The position numbers and the translations under genes are program-made. The notes beneath the pieces are model-generated. The model saw nothing but the letters and a program-made list of their open reading frames with translations, ran no database searches and was not told the DNA's origin. 64,000 nucleotides of DNA, taken from contig NZ_JASAMB010000002.1 of NCBI RefSeq assembly GCF_029948125.1, positions 262,479-326,478 of the forward strand. Direction: 5' to 3'. Shown piece after piece: positions 17,875-28,741 of the stretch (position 1 is its first letter; every line of letters starts with the position of its first letter). Origin of the DNA: Catellatospora sp. KI3. Lineage in GTDB: Bacteria > Actinomycetota > Actinomycetes > Mycobacteriales > Micromonosporaceae.

Positions 17875-18822
17875 TCAGCGGTACTGGTCGTAGATCCGGT
17901 CGGTCCAGTGGGTGGTGAGTCCGCAGATGGCGCCGATGATGGCGAGCACGCCCAGCGCGATCGCGACCCAGCCCAGCCAGCTCATCGAGGCCTGGCCCTT
18001 CTTCACCCGGGACAGGTGCAGGTAGCCCAGGATGATGGCCGGGATGCCGCCGATCAGCGGCAGCCCGCTGATCCAGGGGCAGCAGCAGCAACCGCCGCTC
18101 AGCACGCCGCAGACCAGGCCGATCCAGCCGAGCAGGTTGTTCTGGGCCCCGCCCGCGCGCTGGTAGACGGTGCCCTGGCCGGGCCCGAGCGGCGGTGGCG
18201 GCGCCCCGTGGCCGAGCGGCGGCGGTGGCGGCGGCGCCGGGAGGGGCTCGCCGTAGGTGGTGCCGGGGCTGCGGTACGGCTCGGTGACCGGTGGCGGCGG
18301 TGGCGGCACGGCGGGCGGGCCGGGCGGCTCGTACGACGGCGGCCCGCTCGCGTACGGGTTGTCGCCGCTCGGCGCCGACCAGTCCGAGCCGGTCGACGGC
18401 GGCTCGGCCGCGACCGGGCTCGGCGGCGGCTCGGGCACCGACGGCACGGGCGGCGGCGGGGCGGGCGGCTCGGGCGGCGGCGGGGCCGTGGGGTCGCTCA
18501 GCACCGGCGGCGGGTGGTACGGCTCGGCCGCGGGCGGCTCGAACGAGCTCTCCGTCGCGTCATGCAGCGGCGGCCACGGCGGCGGCTCCGGCGTGCCCCC
18601 GGGCGTCTCGGGCGCCTCCGGCACGTCGGGCGTCTGGGGCGGCGGCGGCACGTCGGGCGTCTGGGGCGGCGGCGGCACGTCGGGCGCCTGGGGCGGCGGC
18701 GGCACCGGCTCGCCGGGTGGGGGCGGCACGTCCGGGGAGCCGGGTTGGTCATGCCGCACCGGCGGCTCGTACGGGTGGTGCGGCTCCTCCGGCGTGTCCG
18801 GGGGCGGCGGCGGTTGCGTCAA
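17875..18822 (-). CDS. Cell-surface proline-rich protein with C-terminal DUF4190-like membrane module (Rv0954-like)
   Basis: 315 aa. Repeats PPPPQTPDV x3 (18-nt DNA repeats near 18640-18720). C-terminal module with CCCC plus two TM helices, homologous to the 14832 and 15219 paralogs. Confidence 0.7.
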   Translation of the reverse strand: MTQPPPPPDTPEEPHHPYEPPVRHDQPGSPDVPPPPGEPVPPPPQAPDVPPPPQTPDVPPPPQTPDVPEAPETPGGTPEPPPWPPLHDATESSFEPPAAEPYHPPPVLSDPTAPPPPEPPAPPPPVPSVPEPPPSPVAAEPPSTGSDWSAPSGDNPYASGPPSYEPPGPPAVPPPPPPVTEPYRSPGTTYGEPLPAPPPPPPLGHGAPPPPLGPGQGTVYQRAGGAQNNLLGWIGLVCGVLSGGCCCCPWISGLPLIGGIPAIILGYLHLSRVKKGQASMSWLGWVAIALGVLAIIGAICGLTTHWTDRIYDQYR

Positions 18823-19023
18823 GGTCGGCTCCTCGCGTTCGGCAGCACGCGCCGGTCCGGCACCGCGGTGGTGTCGCAGTGGCTCGGCGCCGGGTTCGAC
18901 GCGCCCTGGAATGCAGTTCTGTCCTCAATATCCGCTTTATCAGTCAGTTAGTCGGGCAAAACGCCGTAAATCAGTGCCATACCCGCCGCGAAGGCGGCTC
19001 CGCCAGCCCGATAGGGTGCTGCT

Positions 19024-19629
19024 GTGACCGCTCGCCTCGTCGTCCTGGTCTCCGGCTCCGGTACGAATCTGCAAGCCCTGCTCGACGCCTGCACCGACCC
19101 CGCGTACGGTGCGACCGTCGTGGCCGTCGGCGCCGACCGGCACGGCATCGCCGGCCTCACCCGCGCCCAGGCCGCCGGAGTCCCCTCATACGTCGCCCGC
19201 GTCCCCGACTTCGCTTCCCGCGACGAGTGGGACGAAACCTTCACCGCGCTCACCGCCGAGCACCGGCCCGACCTCGTGATCGGGGCGGGGTTCCTCAAAC
19301 TGGTCGGCAAGACGTTCCTGGACCGGTTCGAGGGGCGCTACATCAACACCCACAACGCGCTGCTCCCGTCGTTCCCAGGCATCCACGGCCCCCGCGACGC
19401 CCTCGCCTACGGCGTGAAGGTCGCCGGGGCGACCCTCCACTTCGTGGACGGCGGAATGGACACCGGGGCGATCATCGCCCAGGTGGCGGTGCCGGTGCTC
19501 GACGACGACACCGAGGACACCCTCTCCGAGCGCATCAAAGACGCCGAGCGCGCGCAGCTGGTCGACTACGTCGGCCGGATGGCCCGTGCCGGTTGGACCA
19601 TCAACGGCAGAAAGGTGATAGTCGGATGA
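19024..19629 (+). CDS. purN: Phosphoribosylglycinamide formyltransferase
   Basis: [22 protein letters not shown]... and formyl-transferase motifs ([13 protein letters not shown] catalytic residues). Confidence 0.9.
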   Translation: MTARLVVLVSGSGTNLQALLDACTDPAYGATVVAVGADRHGIAGLTRAQAAGVPSYVARVPDFASRDEWDETFTALTAEHRPDLVIGAGFLKLVGKTFLDRFEGRYINTHNALLPSFPGIHGPRDALAYGVKVAGATLHFVDGGMDTGAIIAQVAVPVLDDDTEDTLSERIKDAERAQLVDYVGRMARAGWTINGRKVIVG

Positions 19630-21221
19630 GCGAGCAGGCCGCCGGTGGCGAGCGCAAGCCGATCCGCAGGGCGCTGGTCAGCGTGTACGACAAGACGGGC
19701 CTCGAGTCGCTGGCAGCGGTGCTGCGCCGGCACGGCGTCGAGATCGTGTCGACCGGCTCGACCGCGCAGCGCATCGAGACCATGGGCGCGCCGGTGACCC
19801 GGGTCGAGGAGCTGACCGGCTTCCCGGAGTGCCTGGACGGGCGGGTCAAGACGCTGCACCCGAAGGTGCACGCCGGGCTGCTCGCCGACCTGCGCCTGGA
19901 CAGCCACCGCGACCAGCTCGCCGAGCTCGGCGTCGAGCCCTTCGACCTGCTCATCTCCAACCTGTACCCGTTCTCGCAGACCGTCTCCTCGGGCGCCTCG
20001 CTGGAGGAGTGCGTGGAGCAGATCGACATCGGCGGCCCGGCCATGGTCCGCGCGGCGGCCAAGAACCACGCCAACGTCGCGGTGGTCACCTCCCCGAACG
20101 AGTACGCCCTGATCGCGGCCGCGCTGGAGAAGGGCGGCTTCACCCTCGGCGAGCGCCGGGCGCTGGCCGCGCGGGCCTTCGCCGACATCGCCGACTACGA
20201 CGTGGCCGTGGCCAACTGGTGCGCCCAGGAGCTGGTGGAGCTGGAGTCGCTGGCCCCCGGCGCGCAGTGCTGGCCGGAGTACGCGGGCCTGGGCGTGTGG
20301 CGCAAGGACGTGCTGCGCTACGGCGAGAACCCGCACCAGGCGGCGGCGCTCTACATCGACCCGGCCTCGGCGGCGGGTCTGGCGCGCGCGGAGCAGCTCA
20401 ACGGCAAGGAGATGTCGTACAACAACTACGTCGACACCGACGCCGCCTGGCGCGCGGTGCACGACTTCGACGGCGTGCACGCGGTCGCGGTGATCAAGCA
20501 CGCCAACCCGTGCGGCATCGCGGTCAGCACCGTCTCGGCCGCCGACGCGCACGCCAAGGCGCACGCCTGCGACCCGGTCTCGGCCTTCGGCGGCGTCATC
20601 GCCGTCAACAGCGAGGTCACCGTCGAGCTGGCCCGCCAGATCGCGGAGATCTTCACCGAGGTCGTGGTCGCCCCCGCGTACGCCGAGGGCGCGGTGGAGA
20701 TCCTGGCCGGGCGCAAGAACCTGCGCGTCCTGGTCGCCCCGGCGCACCGGCCGGGCCCGACCGAGATGCGGCAGATCTCGGGCGGCATCCTGGTGCAGAC
20801 CCGGGACAGCTTCAACTCCGAGGGCGACAGCGTCGAGAACTGGACCCTGGTCGCGGGCGAGCCCGCCGCTGCTGACGTGCTCGACGACCTCGAGTTCGCG
20901 TGGGGCGCGGTGCGCGCGGTCAAGTCCAACGCGATCCTGCTGGCCAAGGACGGTGCCAGCGTGGGCGTGGGCATGGGCCAGGTGAACCGGGTCGACTCGT
21001 GCAAGCTGGCGGTCACCCGCGCCGGGGACCGGGCCAAGGGCTCGGTGGCCGCGTCGGACGCGTTCTTCCCGTTCGCCGACGGCCTGCAGGTGCTGCTCGA
21101 CGCGGGCGTCACCGCCGTGGTCGAGCCGGGCGGCTCGGTCCGCGACCAGGAGGTCATCGACGCCGCCAAGGCGGCCGGCATCTCCCTCTACTTCACCGGC
21201 TCCCGCCACTTCGCCCACTGA
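19626..21221 (+). CDS. purH: Bifunctional AICAR transformylase / IMP cyclohydrolase
   Basis: Start MSEQAAG...[13 protein letters not shown] (MGS-like domain), overlapping the purN stop (ATGA). C-terminal AICARFT domain. The ORF-track N-terminal extension to 18291 is a reading-frame artefact. Confidence 0.9.
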   Translation: MSEQAAGGERKPIRRALVSVYDKTGLESLAAVLRRHGVEIVSTGSTAQRIETMGAPVTRVEELTGFPECLDGRVKTLHPKVHAGLLADLRLDSHRDQLAELGVEPFDLLISNLYPFSQTVSSGASLEECVEQIDIGGPAMVRAAAKNHANVAVVTSPNEYALIAAALEKGGFTLGERRALAARAFADIADYDVAVANWCAQELVELESLAPGAQCWPEYAGLGVWRKDVLRYGENPHQAAALYIDPASAAGLARAEQLNGKEMSYNNYVDTDAAWRAVHDFDGVHAVAVIKHANPCGIAVSTVSAADAHAKAHACDPVSAFGGVIAVNSEVTVELARQIAEIFTEVVVAPAYAEGAVEILAGRKNLRVLVAPAHRPGPTEMRQISGGILVQTRDSFNSEGDSVENWTLVAGEPAAADVLDDLEFAWGAVRAVKSNAILLAKDGASVGVGMGQVNRVDSCKLAVTRAGDRAKGSVAASDAFFPFADGLQVLLDAGVTAVVEPGGSVRDQEVIDAAKAAGISLYFTGSRHFAH

Positions 21222-21230
21222 CAGTTCCGA

Positions 21231-21294
21231 CAGTTTCGGGGAGAGTGCTGGAATCCAGGTCGTGATTCCAGCACTCTCCCCGAAAGTGCACGAA
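21231..21294. repeat. Dispersed palindromic repeat family A, copy 1 (variant with inner hairpin)
   Basis: CAGTTTCGGGGAGAGTGCTGGAATC-caggtcgt-GATTCCAGCACTCTCCCCGAAAGTGCACGAA. Shares the CAGTTTCGGGGA...CCCCGAAAGTGCACGAA framework with the copies at 34571, 41943 and 58681. Confidence 0.7.
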
Positions 21295-21370
21295 CAAAGA
21301 TCGGCGCCCCCGCTCAGGACCCCACCTCACAGGGGTTCCGGGCGGGGGCGCCGATCGCTTTCGGCGGCCG

Positions 21371-22414
21371 TCAGGCGACCGGGTTGCGCAGCTCCGCGAA
21401 GTGGCAGGCACTCGGGTGCGGGTCGACCGCGCGGCGGATGAGCAGCGGCTCCTCCACCGAGCAGCGCTCCTGCGCCTTCCAGCAGCGGGTGCGGAAGCGG
21501 CAGCCCGACGGCGGGTTGGCCGGCGACGGTACGTCGCCGGTGAGCCGGATGACGTCGCGGTGGGCGCGGGCGTCCGGGTCCGGCACCGGCACCGCCGACA
21601 GCAGCGCCTGGGTGTACGGGTGCGTCGGCCGCTCGTAGATCTCCGCGTCCGAGCCGATCTCCACCATCTTGCCCAGGTACATCACGCCGACCCGGTCGGA
21701 GATGTGCCGCACCACGGACAGGTCGTGCGCGATGAAGATGTAGGACAGGTTCAGCTCCCGCTGCAGGCCCTCCAGCAGGTTGATGACCTGCGCCTGGATC
21801 GACACGTCCAGCGCCGACACCGGCTCGTCGCAGACGATGACCTCGGGCTTGAGCGCGAGCGCGCGGGCGATGCCGATGCGCTGGCGCTGGCCGCCGGAGA
21901 ACTGGTGCGGGTAGCGGTTGACGTGCTCGGGGTTGAGGCCCACGAGCTCCAGCAGCTCCTGTACGCGGCGCTGCCGGTCGCCCTTGGGGGCCACGTCGCT
22001 GTGGATCTCGTACGGCTCGCCGATGATGTCGCCGACGGTCATCCGCGGGTTCAGCGAGGTGTACGGGTCCTGCATCACCATCTGCACGTTGCGGCGCAGG
22101 CGGCGCAGCTCGCCGCCGCCCATCTTGAAGATGTCCTTGCCGTTGAGCAGGGCCCGGCCGCCGGTCGGCGTCTCAAGCCGCATCAGCAGCTTGGCCAGCG
22201 TCGACTTGCCGCAGCCGGACTCGCCGACGATGCCCAGCGTCTCGCCGCGGTGCAGCTCGAAGCTGACCCCGTCGACCGCCTTGACGGCGCCGATCTTCTT
22301 CTTGAAGAGGATGCCCTGGGTGATCGGGAAGTGCTTGACCAGGTTCTCGACCCGCAGGATCGGCTCACCGGCCGGGCGCGCCGCCGGGGTGATGTTCTCA
22401 ACGGAGTGTGCCAT
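21371..22414 (-). CDS. Peptide ABC transporter ATP-binding protein (OppF-like), operon 2
   Basis: Walker [10 protein letters not shown], signature [15 protein letters not shown], Walker [11 protein letters not shown]. Close paralog of 2024-3034. Confidence 0.9.
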   Translation of the reverse strand: MAHSVENITPAARPAGEPILRVENLVKHFPITQGILFKKKIGAVKAVDGVSFELHRGETLGIVGESGCGKSTLAKLLMRLETPTGGRALLNGKDIFKMGGGELRRLRRNVQMVMQDPYTSLNPRMTVGDIIGEPYEIHSDVAPKGDRQRRVQELLELVGLNPEHVNRYPHQFSGGQRQRIGIARALALKPEVIVCDEPVSALDVSIQAQVINLLEGLQRELNLSYIFIAHDLSVVRHISDRVGVMYLGKMVEIGSDAEIYERPTHPYTQALLSAVPVPDPDARAHRDVIRLTGDVPSPANPPSGCRFRTRCWKAQERCSVEEPLLIRRAVDPHPSACHFAELRNPVA

Positions 22415-23426
22415 CGAGCATCTCCTTAGCGAAGTGGCAGGCGCTGGTACGGCCGTTGCCGAGGTTCAGCGAGGCGGGCACGTCGGTGCGGCACACGTCC
22501 TTGGCGTACCGGCACCGGGGGTGGAACGCGCAGCCGGTCGGCGGACGCAGCAGGTTCGGCGGCAGGCCCTTGATCGTGGCGAGCTCGGTGCCCTTGGAGT
22601 CCAGCCGCGGGATCGAGTCGAGCAGGCCCTCGGTGTACGGGTGCGCCGGGTGCTTGTAGAGCTCGTGCACGTTGGCGTGCTCGACGATCCGGCCGGCGTA
22701 CATGACCGCGATCCGGTCCGCGACGTCGGCGACCACGCCCAGGTCGTGCGTGATCAGGATCATGCCCATGTTGAGGTCGCGGCGCAGGTCGCCGAGCAGG
22801 TCCATGATCTGGGCCTGCACGGTGACGTCCAGCGCGGTGGTGGGCTCGTCGGCGATGAGCACCTTCGGGTCCATCGCCAGCGCCATCGCGATCATGACGC
22901 GCTGGCGCATGCCGCCGGAGAACTGGTGCGGGTAGTCCTTGATCCGGGCCTTGGCGGCCGGGATCTTGACCAGGTCCATCAGCTCGACCGCGCGGGCCAG
23001 GGCGTCCTTCTTCGACATGCCCGCGCGGGTGCGCAGGGTCTCCGAGATCTGCCAGCCGACCGGGAACACCGGGTTCAGGGCCGAGAGCGCGTCCTGGAAG
23101 ATCATCGAGATCTCCTTGCCGCGCACCTGGCGACGCTTCTCCTCCGACATGGTGAGCAGGTTCTCGCCCTTGTAGAGGATCTCGCCGCCGGGGATCTTCG
23201 CGGGTGGCATGTCGAGGATGCCCATGATCGCCTGCGCGGTCACCGACTTGCCCGAGCCCGACTCGCCCAGCACCGCCAGCGTCTCACCGGGGTTCAGGTG
23301 GTACGACACCCCGTTGATGACCCGGGCGACGCCGTCGCGGGTGTGGAACTCGACGAAGAGGTTCTTGACCTCGAGCAGAGCGTGCCCGGTGGGCACGTGG
23401 CCCGGCTGTACCTGGATGTCAGTCAT
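22398..23426 (-). CDS. Peptide ABC transporter ATP-binding protein (OppD-like), operon 2
   Basis: MTDIQVQPG... Walker A GESGSGKS, signature [10 protein letters not shown]-terminal Cys motif. Overlaps the downstream ATPase by 17 nt. The track fuses it in-frame with upstream sequence. Confidence 0.88.
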   Translation of the reverse strand: MTDIQVQPGHVPTGHALLEVKNLFVEFHTRDGVARVINGVSYHLNPGETLAVLGESGSGKSVTAQAIMGILDMPPAKIPGGEILYKGENLLTMSEEKRRQVRGKEISMIFQDALSALNPVFPVGWQISETLRTRAGMSKKDALARAVELMDLVKIPAAKARIKDYPHQFSGGMRQRVMIAMALAMDPKVLIADEPTTALDVTVQAQIMDLLGDLRRDLNMGMILITHDLGVVADVADRIAVMYAGRIVEHANVHELYKHPAHPYTEGLLDSIPRLDSKGTELATIKGLPPNLLRPPTGCAFHPRCRYAKDVCRTDVPASLNLGNGRTSACHFAKEMLDGTLR

Positions 23427-23431
23427 GTGGA

Positions 23432-24415
23432 TCACCGCAGCTTCGGGTCGAACGCTTCGCGGATCTTGTCGCCGAGGATGATGAAGGCGAGCACCGTGAG
23501 CGCGAGGAAGGTGGACGGGACGATCAGCGGGATCGGGTTCGTGCGGACCCGGCCGATCGCTGACGCCTGCGAGATCTGCTGGCCCCAGGACTGCGCCGGG
23601 GGCTTGAGCCCGACGCCGAGGAAGGACAGCGATGCCTCGGCCGCGATGAACGAGCCCAGCGCGATCGTGATGACCACGAGGAACGGCGCCAGCGCGTTGG
23701 GCAGGATGTGCCGCCACATGATGCGGCTGTTGCCCGCGCCCAGCATCCGGGCCGCCTGGACGTAGTCCTGCTGCTTGGCCGAGATGACCGAGGAGCGCAC
23801 CACGCGGGCGGCGGTGGTCCAGCCCAGGCCGCCCAGGATGAGCACGAACGCGATGATGCGGGCGGTGTTGTCGCCGCCGGCGTTGTCGACCCGCTTCATG
23901 ATCACGAGGCCGGCCAGGATCAGCGGCAGGCCCAGCACGATGTCGGTGACGCGGGAGACGACCGCGTCGATCCAGCCGCCGAAGAAGCCGGAGGTCAGAC
24001 CGGCGATGACGGCCAGCACCCCGGCGAACAGGGCGGCGAAGAAGCCGATCACCAGCGAGTTGCGGGCGCCGTACACGGCCTGGGTGTAGACGTCGCAGCC
24101 CTGGAAGTCGTACCCGAAGATGGCCTGGCCGCTGGCGCCGGCGTTCTGGCGCGACAGCGCGCAGAAGTCCCGCGCGGTGGGGTCGCTGCTGGTGAACAGC
24201 GACGGGAAGCACGCCATCACCAGGGCCACCAGGCCGATCAGCACGGCGATCCAGAACAGCGGGCGGCGGCTCAGGTCGTGCCACGCGTCGGCGGTGGCGC
24301 TGCGCGCCTTGCTGGTCTCGAGGGTCTTCGGCTGGCCGGGGGCGCCGGGCTCACCGGCCGGGCCGGGGGTGGCGGTGTGCAGCTCGGTGGCTGCCACGTT
24401 CTCGAACTCACTCAT
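23432..24415 (-). CDS. Peptide ABC transporter permease (OppC-like), operon 2
   Basis: 327 aa, 6 TM helices, C-terminal DPKLR as in the operon-1 OppC. Confidence 0.85.
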   Translation of the reverse strand: MSEFENVAATELHTATPGPAGEPGAPGQPKTLETSKARSATADAWHDLSRRPLFWIAVLIGLVALVMACFPSLFTSSDPTARDFCALSRQNAGASGQAIFGYDFQGCDVYTQAVYGARNSLVIGFFAALFAGVLAVIAGLTSGFFGGWIDAVVSRVTDIVLGLPLILAGLVIMKRVDNAGGDNTARIIAFVLILGGLGWTTAARVVRSSVISAKQQDYVQAARMLGAGNSRIMWRHILPNALAPFLVVITIALGSFIAAEASLSFLGVGLKPPAQSWGQQISQASAIGRVRTNPIPLIVPSTFLALTVLAFIILGDKIREAFDPKLR

Positions 24416-24425
24416 TGTCTTCCGC

Positions 24426-25355
24426 CTACTCGTACCGGATCCGCGGATCGAGCACCGCGTACAGCAGGTCCACGATCAGGTTGGCGATGAGGAACACCAC
24501 GACCAGCACGCTCACGGTGCCCACGACGACCGGGGCGTCGCCCAGGCTGAGGCTCTTGTAGAGCAGGTTGCCGATGCCGGTGATGTTGAAGATGCGCTCG
24601 GTGATGATCGCGCCGCCCATCAGCGAGCCGAGCTCGACACCGATGAAGGTGACGATCGGGATGAGCGAGTTGCGCAGCACGTGCACGCCGATCACGCGGC
24701 GGCGCGGGATGCCCTTGGACCGCGCGGTCCGGACGAAGTCGGCGCGCAGGTTCTCGCTGACCGAGGCACGGGTGAGCCGCATCGCCGTGGCGACGGACAG
24801 CATGCCCAGGATGATGCCGGGCAGCAGCAGCTCGTACCACGTGGCGGGGTTGTTGGCGGTGGCCGGGAAGATCGGCCACTTGATGCCGAACAGCAGCTGG
24901 CCGATGGGGGCGAGCACCACGGTGGGGATACCGATGATGATCAGGGTGACCACCAGCGTGATGTTGTCGAAGATGCCGCCGCGGCGGATGCCCGCGATCA
25001 CGCCGGCGGTGATGCCGAACACGATGGTCACCAGGATCGCGATGCTGGCCAGCATGAGCGTGGTCGGGAACCGCTCCGTGATCAGGTCCCACACCGGGCG
25101 GCCGGTCAGCGAGGTGCCCAGGTCCAGGTTGAGCAGATCGGTCAGGTAGTGCCAGTAGCGCGTGAGGAACGGATCGTTGAAGTGGAACTGCTGTTCGAGC
25201 TGGGCGCGCTGGATCGCGCTGACGGGGCGCTCGCCGGCCAGGTTCTGGATCGGGTCGCCTTCACCGCCCGCGAACATCAGGGTGAAGACGATGAAGGTGG
25301 TCCCGATGAAGACCAGGATCATCTGTAGCAGGCGCCGCACTATGTAGCGGAACAT
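24426..25355 (-). CDS. Peptide ABC transporter permease (OppB-like), operon 2
   Basis: Start MFRYIVRRLLQMILVFIGTTFIVF, the canonical OppB/DppB N-terminus. Polytopic. Confidence 0.85.
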   Translation of the reverse strand: MFRYIVRRLLQMILVFIGTTFIVFTLMFAGGEGDPIQNLAGERPVSAIQRAQLEQQFHFNDPFLTRYWHYLTDLLNLDLGTSLTGRPVWDLITERFPTTLMLASIAILVTIVFGITAGVIAGIRRGGIFDNITLVVTLIIIGIPTVVLAPIGQLLFGIKWPIFPATANNPATWYELLLPGIILGMLSVATAMRLTRASVSENLRADFVRTARSKGIPRRRVIGVHVLRNSLIPIVTFIGVELGSLMGGAIITERIFNITGIGNLLYKSLSLGDAPVVVGTVSVLVVVFLIANLIVDLLYAVLDPRIRYE

Positions 25356-25503
25356 CGTCGTTCTTCTCTCACCGGGCAGCACAATTCGGTACGAATAGTC
25401 GCATTGTTCGTACCACGGGGCTGCGATCGACGTGGGGGTTTCAGCGTTGGGGGTGGTGCCGATCCCTCCGGATCGGCACCACCCCCAAGGTCAATCGCTG
25501 ACG

Positions 25504-27132
25504 TCAGCCGACGTACTGGATCTTGTTCAGGTCGACCCGGTTGAACAGGTCGATCGAAACGTCCTTGACCTTGGTCGAGTGACCGAAGCTGTTCTGGCCG
25601 AAGCGCAGCGGCAGCACCGGCAGGTCCTGCGCGAGCAGGTCCTCGGCGGCCTGGTACTTCTTGATCGCCTCGTCCTGGGTCGCCGCGGCCGAGCCCTCCT
25701 TCAGCAGGTTGTCGAAGGTGGGGTTGCTGTAGCCGTAGTAGTTCGACGAGCCGTTGGTCGAGTACAGCGGGCCGAGGTAGTTCTCCATGGACGGGTAGTC
25801 CATGACCCAGCCCATGCGGAACATGCCGACGTCCTTCTTCGCCTTGGCCTTGGTGAGCAGGTCGGCGAACTTCGGCTCCGGGGTGCCGACGCAGTCGACG
25901 CCCAGGTTGGTCTTCAGCTGGTTGCAGGTCGCGTCGACCCACGCCTGGTGACCGCCGTCAGCGTTGTACGTGATGTTCAGCGACTTGGGGCCGCCGGCAG
26001 CCTCGTACTGCTTCTTGGCCTCGGTCGGGTTGAACTCGCAGGCCGCACCGCAGGTCTTGTCGCGGTAGCCCGCGACGACCGGCGACACGAACGAGTACGC
26101 GGCCCGCTGCGAGCCCTGGAACACCTTGTTGACGATCTCCTCGCGGTCGATCGCCATCGAGATGGCCTTGCGGACCTCGGCCTTGCTGAAGCGCGGGTCG
26201 AAGGTCGGGAACGCCAGCACCTGCAGGGTCGAGGCCGGGCTGGTCTGGTAGCGGTCGCCCAGGTCGCCCTGGACGGTCGGCAGGCTGTCGGTCGGGATCT
26301 GCTTGATCACGTCCAGGTTGTTGGCCTGCAGGTCCGCGTACTCGGCGGCGTCGTTCTGGTAGATCTTGAAGTTCGCGCCGCCGATGCTCGGCTTGGTGCC
26401 GGCGAAGGCGTCGTACTTCTCGACCTCGATGCCCGAGTCGTGGTTCCAGGCACCCTTGATCTTGAAGGGGCCGTTGCCGACGGGGGCCTGCTCGAAGTCC
26501 TTGTTGAGGACCAGCGGGCTGGCGGCGACGTCGGTGAACGCGGCCTTCGGCAGGGGGTAGAACGCGGTGTAGCCCAGCAGCGACTTGAACTCGCTGAACG
26601 GCGCGTTCAGGGTCACCGTGAACGTCTTGTCGTCGACCTTCTTGAGGCCGGACAGGGTCGACGCGGCGGGGGTGGTCGTCGCGTCCGCCGGGTTCAGCGC
26701 CGCGTAGCCCTCGATCTTGTCGAAGAAGTAGTTGTTGTCCTGGGCGTTCGGGGCGTAGGCGCCGTAGTTCCAGGCGTTGATGTAGTTGTCGGCGGTGACC
26801 GGCTCGCCGTTGTGGAACGTCCAGCCGTCCTTCAGCTTGATCGTCCAGGTCTTGTTGTCAGTCGTGCTGATCTCCTGCGCGGCGACCTCGTACGGCTTGT
26901 TGGCCTCGTCGAAGTCCACCAGGGGAGCGAACAGCGCCGCCAGCACCTGGGAGCCACTCGTCTCCGCGGTGTTGGTGGGGATCAGGTGCTTCGGTTCGGC
27001 GATTCCGACCGACACGACACCGTTGGGGTTGGTGCTACCCGTGTCGCTGCCACCGCTCTTGCCACAGGCCGTCAGGCCCAGAGTGACAGCGAGCGGGAGA
27101 GCGGCCCAGGCCGCGAGCCTACGGACCTGCAT
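25504..27132 (-). CDS. Peptide ABC transporter substrate-binding lipoprotein (family 5 SBP, OppA/DppA-like)
   Basis: 542 aa. Lipoprotein signal with lipobox LTAC-G, followed by an SBP_bac_5 fold. Confidence 0.85.
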   Translation of the reverse strand: MQVRRLAAWAALPLAVTLGLTACGKSGGSDTGSTNPNGVVSVGIAEPKHLIPTNTAETSGSQVLAALFAPLVDFDEANKPYEVAAQEISTTDNKTWTIKLKDGWTFHNGEPVTADNYINAWNYGAYAPNAQDNNYFFDKIEGYAALNPADATTTPAASTLSGLKKVDDKTFTVTLNAPFSEFKSLLGYTAFYPLPKAAFTDVAASPLVLNKDFEQAPVGNGPFKIKGAWNHDSGIEVEKYDAFAGTKPSIGGANFKIYQNDAAEYADLQANNLDVIKQIPTDSLPTVQGDLGDRYQTSPASTLQVLAFPTFDPRFSKAEVRKAISMAIDREEIVNKVFQGSQRAAYSFVSPVVAGYRDKTCGAACEFNPTEAKKQYEAAGGPKSLNITYNADGGHQAWVDATCNQLKTNLGVDCVGTPEPKFADLLTKAKAKKDVGMFRMGWVMDYPSMENYLGPLYSTNGSSNYYGYSNPTFDNLLKEGSAAATQDEAIKKYQAAEDLLAQDLPVLPLRFGQNSFGHSTKVKDVSIDLFNRVDLNKIQYVG

Positions 27133-27615
27133 TGAGCCTCCTCATCTCCTACGTCCCACATGCATCGACGGCAGGCTGACCTGCCGTTGTCACGCAGTGC
27201 AACGTCCGGCAAAGGTAGGACGAAGCTCGGCCCGGCACCAAACCCGCGGGTTGCAGATTCGCAACAGTCTACGAGTGGACCACTTGCGGATCTGCCTGCT
27301 GATTTGGTATTAGGAGACGGCCTGCCAAATGTAGTGTTATCGGGGATTATGCCCGATCTGGGACGTGACCGGGGCGACAGACTGCGGTCACATGGTGGAC
27401 ACGATCACTGCCCGGTTTGCCCTCGAAAGTCGTCCCAGATGATGGAAGATCCTGCCACCAAGGCCACAGGGTGATCTATCACACTGTTACCCACGGTTAT
27501 ATGACCAGGTCAACTGGCATTTCATAGATCAACTTCAGCGCCGGTTTTCGCCGTACCGCTGCCCGCTTCTCGCCTTTGCCCACCTTGCCGGGGTCGTCAC
27601 GCCCTGCCTGCCTTC

Positions 27616-27679
27616 GACGGTGGCCTATCTAGAGCACGAGAATCCGGAAACGGTCCTCTGGATAGGCCAGCGTCAATTC
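27616..27679. repeat. Dispersed palindromic repeat family B, copy 2
   Basis: GACGGTGGCCTATCTAGAGCACGA-gaatccggaaacgg-TCCTCTGGATAGGCCAGCGTCAATTC, about 80 nt upstream of the folD start. Present in inverted orientation at 62938-63003. Confidence 0.7.
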
Positions 27680-27758
27680 GAGGGCGGGCGGCGGGCGAGG
27701 GAGCGTGAGTGGGCATGTCCCGGTTCGGGGGGATCGGGGAGGTGGGAGGATCGGCGGT

Positions 27759-28622
27759 ATGACGGCGACGATCCTCAACGGCACCGAGACCGCGGCGGCG
27801 ATCAAGGCCGACCTGAAAGAACGGGTCGCGAAGCTGGCGGCGCGGGGCGTCGTCCCCGGCCTGGGCACCGTGCTGGTCGGCGACGATCCGGGCTCGCACT
27901 GGTACGTCAACGGCAAGCACCGCGACTGCGCCGAGGTGGGCATCGCCTCGCTGCGCCGCGACCTGCCCGCCGACGCGACCCAGTCCGATGTCGAGCGCGC
28001 CGTCGCCGAGCTCAACGCCGACCCGGCCTGCACCGGCTACATCGTCCAGTTGCCCCTGCCCAGGGGCCTGGACGAGCAGCGGGTGCTGGAGCTGATCGAC
28101 CCGGACAAGGACGCCGACGGCCTGCACCCGGTCAACCTGGGCCGCCTGGTGCTGGGCGTGCCGGCGCCGCTGCCGTGCACGCCGCGCGGCATCATCGAGC
28201 TGCTGCGCCGCTACCACGTGCCGATCGCCGGGGCCGAGGTCGTCGTGATCGGTCGCGGCGTCACCGTGGGCCGCCCGATGGGCCTGCTGCTGACCCGGCG
28301 CACCGAGAACGCCACCGCGACGCTGTGCCACACCGGCACCAAGGACCTGGCCGGGCACGTACGCCGGGCCGACATCGTCATCGCGGCGGCCGGGGTGCCC
28401 GGCATCGTCACCGCCGACATGGTCAAGCCGGGCGCGGCCGTGCTCGACGTGGGCGTGTCGCGGGTCGAGGGCGCCGACGGGAAGAAGCACATCGTGGGTG
28501 ACGTACACCCGGACGTGGCCGGGGTGGCCGGGTTCGTGTCGCCCAACCCCGGCGGCGTCGGGCCCATGACCAGGGCGATGCTGCTGACCAACGTGGTCGA
28601 GCGGGCCGAGGCGGCGCGCTAG
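27759..28622 (+). CDS. folD: Bifunctional methylenetetrahydrofolate dehydrogenase / methenyl-THF cyclohydrolase
   Basis: [23 protein letters not shown]..., plus the [17 protein letters not shown] and [11 protein letters not shown] motifs. Confidence 0.9.
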   Translation: MTATILNGTETAAAIKADLKERVAKLAARGVVPGLGTVLVGDDPGSHWYVNGKHRDCAEVGIASLRRDLPADATQSDVERAVAELNADPACTGYIVQLPLPRGLDEQRVLELIDPDKDADGLHPVNLGRLVLGVPAPLPCTPRGIIELLRRYHVPIAGAEVVVIGRGVTVGRPMGLLLTRRTENATATLCHTGTKDLAGHVRRADIVIAAAGVPGIVTADMVKPGAAVLDVGVSRVEGADGKKHIVGDVHPDVAGVAGFVSPNPGGVGPMTRAMLLTNVVERAEAAR

Positions 28623-28741
28623 GCCACACCCGCCGCACCCAGCAGGCTTCGCATAGACGCCTCGGGCTATGGTGCGGAATCGTTACACCTTCGTCACAGG
28701 ACCGCGCTGGTCACCACCAGACGTCCACCAGCAGGGAGTAT

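Noticed and set aside
18291-19625. N-terminal 445-aa extension of the purH reading frame in the ORF track (976 aa)
   Set aside because: The extension is Ala/Arg/Pro low-complexity and overlaps purN in another frame. The canonical PurH N-terminus (MSEQ...[13 protein letters not shown]) begins at 19626, overlapping the purN stop.
27480-27758. Possible ZTP (pfl) riboswitch upstream of folD
   Set aside because: folD is a classic ZTP-riboswitch target and the segment CCGGGGTCGTCACGCCC superficially recalls the GGGUCGUGAC core. I could not identify the rest of the motif (pseudoknot partner CCGGGCGCCUGGGCA-like 3' domain), and much of the region is occupied by the family-B repeat. Needs cmsearch with RF01750 before any claim.
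27620-28501. 293-aa plus-strand ORF beginning [21 protein letters not shown], and 62425-63003 minus ORF beginning [23 protein letters not shown]
   Set aside because: The shared N-termini are translations of the family-B repeat. The rest overlaps folD out of frame (27620) or is antisense to ogt (62425).
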